Shown: piece by piece, positions 56,391-64,000 of the stretch
Layout: each line of letters opens with the position of its first letter
Position numbering within the stretch: position 1 is the stretch's first letter
NCBI RefSeq assembly: GCF_009914755.1
Contig: NC_060936.1
DNA length: 64,000 nt
Origin: the human T2T-CHM13v2.0 reference genome, Homo sapiens
Strand: one strand, 5' to 3'
Position numbers and translations under genes: made by a program
The notes under the pieces: generated by a model
Database searches by the model: none
What the model was told of the DNA's origin: nothing
Seen by the model: only the letters and a program-made list of their open reading frames with translations

Positions 56391-57800
56391 CATACATGTA
56401 TGAACACACCTATGTTTATTTTGAATGTTCATGGTGTACATATGGTTATTCCAACAAGAGAAAAATATAGAAGGATTCATGCCGGTAGAGTCCTTGGAGA
56501 AGATTATGTGACAGGAGAAGAAACTATAAATAATACACAAAAGTCAAGGTAATTTTGGAGGGTGATTTTTAAAAAGTGCAAAGGGGAAAGGCAGTGTGAC
56601 ATTTAAAAGTAATGTGGGTTATACTGGCATGTGTTTAAGATCATAAGTTTCTATGGGACATATGAACAAATAAAAAATGAAAGAAGGAAGGCAAGAAGGG
56701 GAAAAGAAACAAGAAAATGAAAACATGACTACATCAATACTTCTTTTTCTGGAATGAGGCCCACATAAGGTTTTCTCTTTAATAGTGGCAGAAGATGATA
56801 AATAAAAGATCTTTTTTTTTTTTTTTTTTTTTGGTCAAGTGATCTCTAGATGTAAAAAGTCTGAGATTCACTTATATATACTCGAACTATTCACCTTTCT
56901 TTTGGAGTGGGGGACCCTCACCTATACAAAAATGTAGTGGAGGTAGTCTGAGTCCTCTCCCTTTTTGAACATTCCAGGATTTTCATTCCTGTGTCATGCT
57001 TTGTCATGGAGTGGGCAGAAGGGAGGAGAACATATGATTGGCACAAGTCGCTGTTACTCTTATCCTTGTAGCTCTTGTTATACAGCTCTTTATCTTGTCA
57101 TGGTTTTAATTGTTTTAACATTTTGATCTCTACACATCTTCACTGATAATCATGGACAATATGAGAAACTACAACTAAAACATGTCTTAAATCAGCCATC
57201 AATATTTCAAAAATTTTAGCATACCTTTAAAATGCTCGTATTATAAGTAATAACTTTTGAAAGACAAAGCCACTTGTAAGTAAAGATAATGAAATTTATT
57301 CCTGCAAGAAAAAGATAATGCCAACATTTGGAAATGTCTGGGAAAGAAAAAGCTCTAAATGGCCTAAAAATAGTGAATTACATGAAAATCTTATACATTT
57401 TGATTTAAACATGCAAAAAAATACTCATTTTACAAACTACATTGAAGGAATAAGCATAAGAAAACTGAATTAAGAAAGGATCTTACAATTTGTAAAAATT
57501 GAATATCATTAAAAGATTTATATGACATAAGTGGTGTTTGATTCTGTCTCCTAGAACAGTGTTATAACATAATTTAGACACAACTTTCCCAAGCATTATA
57601 TATATATAAAATTTTTTTTCTTCACAACTGATCATTCAATTAAGAAGTTTAGTCTAATAGACACCTGATTATAGTCGGTTTTGGCCAACCTACTAAATCT
57701 TTTCTCAATAGTAGTAGTACTTTCATTTCTCCATTTATGTTTAGTTTTATAAAATTTTATATCTTAATAATATAGTTTTATATCTTAATACTAACTAATC

Positions 57801-58121
57801 CTTGGAGGGCATTATGCTAAATGAAATAAGCCAGGCATTGAAAGACAGATACTGCACGATCTCACTTACATGTGGAATCTAAAAAAGTCAAAGAAGCAGA
57901 GTTGAATGGTGGTTACCAGAGGGGTGGGGGTCAGTGGTGGAGATTGGGAAGATGTTGCTCAAGAGATTAAAAAACTTCAGTTAGACAGGAGGAATAAATT
58001 AAGAGATCTATTGTACAACATGGTGAATATAGTTAATAAGCTTGATTTAGTCATTCCACGATGTGTACATATTTCAAAACATGCTATATACCATAAACCT
58101 ATACAATTCTTGTGAATTAAA
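57801..58121 (+). mobile_element. L1MA (4-9-like) 3' end with internal deletion
   Basis: 'cattatgctaaatgaaataagccaggca...gatctcacttacatgtggaatctaaaaaagt...gagatctattgtacaacatggtga'. Confidence 0.85.
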
Positions 58122-58139
58122 TAGTAATTATTATAAAAT

Positions 58140-58340
58140 AGTTAATTCTTTATGAATGCTTATGTGTAAGGCATGGTTCTAAGAAGTTGATCTATATTAA
58201 CTTATTTAATTTTTACATTAACTGTATGAGTTATTGCACATTTTACAGATAAGGAAACTGAAGCACAGAGAAAGTAGCTTAGTAAAGCACAGAACTGGAA
58301 TTAATATCCAGCCACAAACTGCACCTTCTTAGTCATATAC
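58140..58340 (-). mobile_element. MIR
   Basis: Core 'cattttacagataaggaaactgaagcacagagaaag'. Confidence 0.8.
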
Positions 58341-59319
58341 TGTTTCACATTGAAGTAATGCCAAAATTCCACCAATTATTTAAAGACTTATACTACTTGA
58401 TTAGCAGAAAGAATCATCATTTACTAGCTTAGGATATTTATTATATAACTCATCAGAGTCTGAATAATGCATTTTTCAATGTATTTAAGGTATTAGAATA
58501 CATAACGTTAAAAAACAGGTGTCCAAACAGTAATATGACTCAAATGCACAAAACAATCAAAACTGCTCATAGACCATACTCTAGGACTTTGTTCCAAAGA
58601 CAACAATTTCCCCAAGTTTTCAAGCCACTAATTAAATTTAGATATTTATTCACTAAAAATTGAATTTAGCCTTTTTAACAAGGTCATTTAAGTAGGGTTG
58701 CTGAATACAATAAAAATCTTACACATTTCAACTAGATTTTTATTCCTCATAAGGCTTTAAATATCCCTCAGTCTGTCTACTCTCAGCAACAGACATTTCA
58801 CAGATGAGTTCCAGTATATCACAGGAAACCGTGAATTATTGTCATTTTGGATTCATAGAGCACATTTTCTCAGAGAAAGTGTGAGTGAGTGACGCATATG
58901 ACATAATGCAGCAAGTCAGTGCCAGACGGGAAAAAAAGAAATGTATTTTGAAAAAGTGTTAGTTTATAAGGCAGGGAGAAAAATATTAATCCAACAGCAG
59001 AATTCCTGTTAAGGACTGATGTTATTAAAAAAAATACTTTGAAGTACTCTTTAGGAACGCAAAGGAAAAGGCTTCTGTGACATGGCAGCTATGGGGGTCA
59101 TTGAAACAAAGGTTTCTAAGATGCACTGTATTTTGCATGCATAGAATTTAGAGTTTCCTGTGGCAATCCTGTGAGAGGGGCTAAGGTGATACTGAGAAAA
59201 TAAAGGAGTCAGACTGCAGTGTTGAAGGCTGAAAGGGCAGCATGAGTATTCCCTTCCCTAAGGTTGGAATGACCAAGGTCATTTGGAGCAGGGATGACCA
59301 TTAAGTTTGAAGTACTAGT

Positions 59320-59343
59320 GCAATTACTTTTGCACCAACCTAA
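59320..59343. mobile_element. Single Hsmar1/MADE1 terminal inverted repeat
   Basis: GCAATTACTTTTGCACCAACCTAA followed by TA is the reverse complement of TTAGGTTGGTGCAAAAGTAATTGC. Confidence 0.8.
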
Positions 59344-59899
59344 TATTAATAACTTCAGTATAACCCCTATTTCTTCCCTGCAAAAAACCAGTCTATTACA
59401 GTGAGATGCAACTGTTGGGGGAAGAAAGGCTGGGAGTGCAACTAAAGAAAATTAAGGAAATAGGCTCTTCATTAGGAAATAAAGGAGTCAGAGGATAGAT
59501 ATAAGTGAGACTAAAATTTAGCAAAAGCAGTAAATTAGGGCAAATTTACTTGAAGAAAAGTGCTAATGATTCTCAGGAAGGATTTGAGGTTTTTCTGTTA
59601 CAGATGGGAGTTGGGTAACTTTTTATGAAAGAGTGTGTGTTCTATTTATACTTGAAGGGAAAGAGTGATTTTAAAAGACTGGTGGACTTGGGAACACCTG
59701 GGTGGAATTATTCATTTATAACTTTCTCTTTTAAGTACAATTTTATATTTGATAAAAAATATTGTAACAAAACAGACCAACTGGGTGAAGTTCAGTTTGA
59801 ACTAGATGTTTTTAAGCTTTAGAGCGTTAAAATCAGATTATTATTTTTAATTAACTATATGGACAATTAGAATTTAAAAGTGTTAGGCAAGTGATCTGG

Positions 59900-60300
59900 T
59901 CTTGATCTCCCTCTCTGAACTCACATAGTATCTTTCTCAGTTTTGGTTACTTTTTTTCCCAAGCTGGTTCTCATCCCCAGGGCCTTTTCTTTGACTGTGC
60001 CATCTACCTGGAAGGCTCCAACCCTACGTCCTTGAGAAACCTGCCCTGATAACACAATCTAAACTAGAACTACCTCCTGCCCACTCAGACATCTGGGTGC
60101 TCTCCATCACATGACTTTGTTTGATCAACATCTGAAATTACCTTAATCCTTCATGTGTTAACTCATTGCTTATCTCCCACTATTACTATGTAGGCTCATT
60201 CACAGCACGTGCTGATTATCATTGTTATCTCTAGCACCTGAAGTTGTAAAGCAGCTGTAAAGACGTAAAGTAAATATTTGTGAAATGAATAAGTAAATCA
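59900..60300 (+). mobile_element. L2 3' remnant
   Basis: 'ccccagggcctttt...ctacctggaaggctc...tctctagcacctg...taaatatttgtgaaatgaat'. Confidence 0.65.
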
Positions 60301-60393
60301 GTGGATATATATTAAGAGAAGAATTATAATTTTAAAAACATTTATTTTACTATAGTTTGGATATTTGATCTTCTAAACCACATATTGAAAGCT

Positions 60394-60680
60394 CTTTTTT
60401 TTTTTTTTTTCCTTTCTTTCTTTTTGAGACAGGGTCTTGCTTTGTTCCCCAGGCTGGAGTGCAGTGGTGCACAATCATGGCTTACTGCAACCTCCCAGGC
60501 TCGAGTGATCCTCCTACTTCAGCCGCCTCAGTGGCTGGGACTACAGGTGTGTTCCACCTCGCCTGGCTAGTTTTAAAATCTTTTTGTAGAGTCAATTTCT
60601 CACTATGTTGCTCAGGCTGGTCTCAAACTCCTGGGCTCAAGTGATCTTCCCCCTTTGGCCTACCAAAGTGCTGAGCCACT
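60394..60680 (-). mobile_element. AluJ-like SINE with small deletions, 5' end clipped
   Basis: 'gagacagggtcttgct', 'aatcatggcttactgca', 'ctcctgggctcaagtgatc' AluJ diagnostics. Confidence 0.9.
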
Positions 60681-61081
60681 CCAAAGGCCCTCATGTTGAA
60701 ATATGATTCCCAATGTTGGAGGTAGGGGCTTATGCAAAGTGTTTGGATCCTGGCGGTAGTTTTCTCATGAATGTTTTGGTGCCGTCCTCACCTCAGTGAG
60801 TGAGTTCTCTATTAGTTCTTATAAGAATCCCCCTGAGAGCCGGTTGTTAAAAACAACCTGGCACCTTCCCCCGTCTTACTTCTTTTCTCACCATATGATC
60901 TGTACATGACTGATTCTCTTTGCCTTCCACCATGAGTAGAAGATTCCTGAGACCCTCATCAGAAGCAGATGTTGTTGCCATGTTTCTTTTACAGCCTGGA
61001 GAACTATAAGCAAAATAAATCTCTTTTCTCCATAAACTACCCAGCCTCAGGTATTCCTTTATAGCAACACATACAAAGACA
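60681..61081 (+). mobile_element. MSTB-like LTR lacking its 5' terminus
   Basis: 'ctcatgttgaaatatgattcccaatgttggaggt', 'cccagcctcaggtattcctttatagcaaca'. Confidence 0.85.
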
Positions 61082-61272
61082 TGTATGACACATAATTTAA
61101 AGATAAACTCAAATTATATGCTTACATAATCTAAATATCATTACAGTCAGGTTGTTAGCATTACTTCTAAAGTACTCAAAGCTATTCAAAAGTCAATGGC
61201 AGTTAAGTTATATATGTTTGTCATAATCTTTAAAGAAGTCCAGAGTAGTAACATTTAATGTCAGCCTATGTC

Positions 61273-61915
61273 TGTGGTAGGCAGAATCACCCCGCTCACT
61301 CCCCACCCCACAAAATGTCCACACTCTCATCACTGAAACCCATGTATATATGTTACATTTTAGATCAAAGAGACTTTGAAGATGTAATTAAGATTATGGA
61401 TCTTAAAATAGGAAAATTATCCTGACTTACCTGGGTGATCCCAACCTAATCACGTAAGTCTTAAAGGCAGATCATTTTCTCAGGCTGGAGTCACATGTGG
61501 TAGAAGAAAAGGCAGGAAAGATGTTATAGAAGGGGAAGTCCAAGAGATTCTGAGCACGAGAAACAGTTGATGCACCTATGCTGATTCTGAGACATAGGGG
61601 GCCAACCGAAGGACCAGAGAGTTGCCTTTAATAGCTAAGACAGCCCATAGCTGACAGCTAGCAAGGAAACAGACCTTCTCCTATAAGCACGAGGAACTGA
61701 CTTCTGCCAAGCACATATTCTAACAATCAGCCACTAGAAAAGAACAAAGCCCTGTCAACATCTTGATTTGGTTCTTGCGAGACCTGGATCAGGGGAACCA
61801 ACTATGCTACACTGTGCCTAGACTTAAAACTGATGAAAACTGGGAGGAAATAAATAGATGTTGTTTAAGCTGCTAAATTTGTGATAACTTGTAATGGCAG
61901 TAGAAAACTAATGTG
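61273..61915 (+). mobile_element. MLT1E-like solo LTR
   Basis: TGTGGTAGGCAGAAT start; 'gacagctagcaaggaaac'; end 'aagctgctaaatttgtg...gaaaactaat'. Confidence 0.85.
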
Positions 61916-62019
61916 TAATAACAATCATAAGAAAAGTAACATGAAATTGTCAGTGTGTTACAAACTTTGCTAAGGACTTTGAGTATCTTGTTTAACTTTT
62001 ATGATAACCCGTGAAGTAG

Positions 62020-62632
62020 TGTACTGGACTCATCTTAAGAAATCTGTTCAACCCTAACCACTTATCTCTGAAAACTACCCTTCTGCACTTATAGATAGGA
62101 GTGAGTCTTTGGCAACGATGTTAGTATTTTTTATCTTATTGCTCAAAATAGACCAATGGTGAACACTTGACCTAAGGCTGACCAAATAGGCTCTATCCCC
62201 TTGAGTTTGGAGTTGCAATTGAGAGATGTAAGTTTCTTGAACACTGGAGTATATAAAGTCAGAAACTGTGGAGTGGTATTTACATGGAAAAGGAATCGAA
62301 TAATGTAAATTGACAGCAAAAAAGGGTTGCTGGAGATTATGCGGCCAGAGATGAGAGACAGAGATTTAAAAAGGGGCTTCCAAGATTCCAAGATTATGCC
62401 ATTGCACTCCAGCCTGGGCAACAAGAGCAAAACTCCGTCTCAAAATAAATAAATAAAAAGGTGGAGGGGGCTTCTTGGATTTTAATGGCATTCTCGTTTC
62501 TGCTTCCATTGACTCCTGAGGCCCAGCTACATTCGTGGACCACCCTATTAATATGGAAAATTCCTTTATTTAACTTAAACTAGCTAGTGTGGAATTTTGC
62601 TTCTCCCAAGCAAGAGAAAGTTAATTAATAGA
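62020..62632 (+). mobile_element. Old MLT1 (J/K/L-like) LTR inside a MIR
   Basis: 'gacctaaggctgaccaaa', 'ctcctgaggcccagcta', 'ttaaactagctag'; MIR text resumes on both sides. Confidence 0.55.
62388..62459 (+). mobile_element. Severely 5'-truncated AluSq/Sp-like fragment
   Basis: 'gccattgcactccagcctgggcaacaagagcaaaactccgtctcaaaataaataaataaaa'. Confidence 0.9.
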
Positions 62633-62664
62633 TAGTATTACTATCCTTTTATTGAGAGAGATGC

Positions 62665-63055
62665 TGTATTCATTAGGGCCTGCTAAACTGATGTAACAAA
62701 TAGGTCCCCTAAAGTTCAGTGACAATACATTCAAGAGATGTCTCAAGTTAGCAGGAGGCTCTTCTCTCCAGTGATTCAGGAAATCAGGCTTCTTTCAATT
62801 TGTTTCTCTACCCTCCACTAGAGTCTGTCTTGGCATCTGAATTTAGCCTGTATTAAAAAAGGAAAATGGAGAAATGTTGGCTTTTAAAAGCTTTAGCCTC
62901 AAAGTACCATCCGTTGCTTTTCTGTTCATGTTCTATTGGAAAGCATTGGTCAGATGGCCGCAATTAACTGCAAGAAAGATGGAGAGAGATAGTCTAGTCA
63001 GGACCTTGCAAAAGTGAAAGTAATGGTAATGATTAGCTAGCCACCTCTGTTAACA
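62665..63055 (-). mobile_element. MLT1J-like LTR inside the same MIR (MIR pieces ~61930-62019, 62633-62664, 63056-63160)
   Basis: TGTATT...AACA termini; near-TSD GATGC/GATGT; 'ttctattggaaagcattggtcagatggcc'. Confidence 0.65.
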
Positions 63056-64000
63056 GATGTTCACTAACTTGTTCAGTATAAGACAGCTAATACTGGCAGA
63101 GGTGGGGATTGAAACACAGATCTCTGACTCAGGAAGTTAAAATCTTAACCATTTTTTTCTACTATATTTTTATTTTACCAGATGGCTTCCATCTGTGTAA
63201 TTAGTTGACTTAAAATTCCACTAAACCTGTTAAATAGCCAGCTTAATCTTCTATCCTTGTTAATTTACTTTTAACTTAGATAATATCGGAAGAGAAACTC
63301 AGTACTCAAAGTATATTCAAAGGGGGTCAGTGACAAATTACACAAGAGCAGCTGAGACCTCATTAGGCTACTAACTGCAAAGCTCAGATGTATGACCACC
63401 TGCTAGGTTATTTAATAAAAAGTAGTAGCCAAAAATGTGTACCTTTATATCATCATTTACATGAGTACTTCTGATTGCTCAATAACATGAATTCATTTGT
63501 TTTTGCTATATTAACATAAAACAATTAAGTGGTAGTGAATAATTAACTTAATTTGCAGTTAATTGACCTAAAATACAAATCGACTCTGAATATATTCTGG
63601 CATTCTTGATGTTTGTCCTGTTACTTTTTCTGGGTTCTTTGGTGATGTATTGGTGGGATGGCCAAGCCAGAGTCTGCCACTAAACCTACAGGAATGGGGT
63701 GTGGGTTGAGCATATAGTTATAGTAGGGGTGGAGGTGGAGATAGCCTGCCTGAAAAAGAAGCTTACTTACACAGACATTCTGTTAGAGTCAGTTGGGGTG
63801 GGATCCCACAATCTACAAGTCATCTAAATTTATCGTTGAGGCAAAATAGTTGGCTTAGAGGTTCCAAGATAAAGAAATGGACCAGGAAGAAAAGAATTAT
63901 GGGTAATCCAGATTGGTATACTGGAGCTGGTTCTATCTGCTAGTGTGAAGCCGACAGTGTATATCACTTTCAACTCTGCATTCAGTAATAATACATTGGT

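Noticed and set aside
43267-58545. Scattered AP-1 (TGAGTCA/TGACTCA) and CRE-like motifs
   Set aside because: Frequency is compatible with chance and there is no clustering.

Overview
Primate (probably human or great-ape) nuclear DNA: AT-rich, no CpG island, dominated by interspersed repeats. I see no recognisable protein-coding gene, RNA gene or CRISPR array; the longer ORFs in the track that I can assign are decayed L1 ORF1/ORF2, Tigger1 transposase or MaLR-internal remnants. The first ~38 kb is a stack of nested elements: minus-strand L1s of many ages, THE1A/B/C/D MaLR elements (two full proviruses), a near full-length Tigger1, Tigger4a and AluS. The last ~26 kb holds older MLT1/MLT2/MST/L2/MIR/L1M relics and unique sequence. 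Most notable: (1) a THE1A provirus carrying the apparent 5' end (R-U5-leader) of a HERV-L/MLT2A RNA, with the poly(A)-signal region replaced by a hairpin; (2) two L1 3' transductions, one strongly supported by contiguous host flanks; (3) an old L1 whose 5'UTR is fused directly to distal ORF2 at an AG (spliced or deleted); (4) a candidate + strand exon chain with an 18-nt microexon. Family and subfamily calls come from my recollection of consensus sequences, not from a RepeatMasker/Dfam run; boundaries of old elements are approximate.
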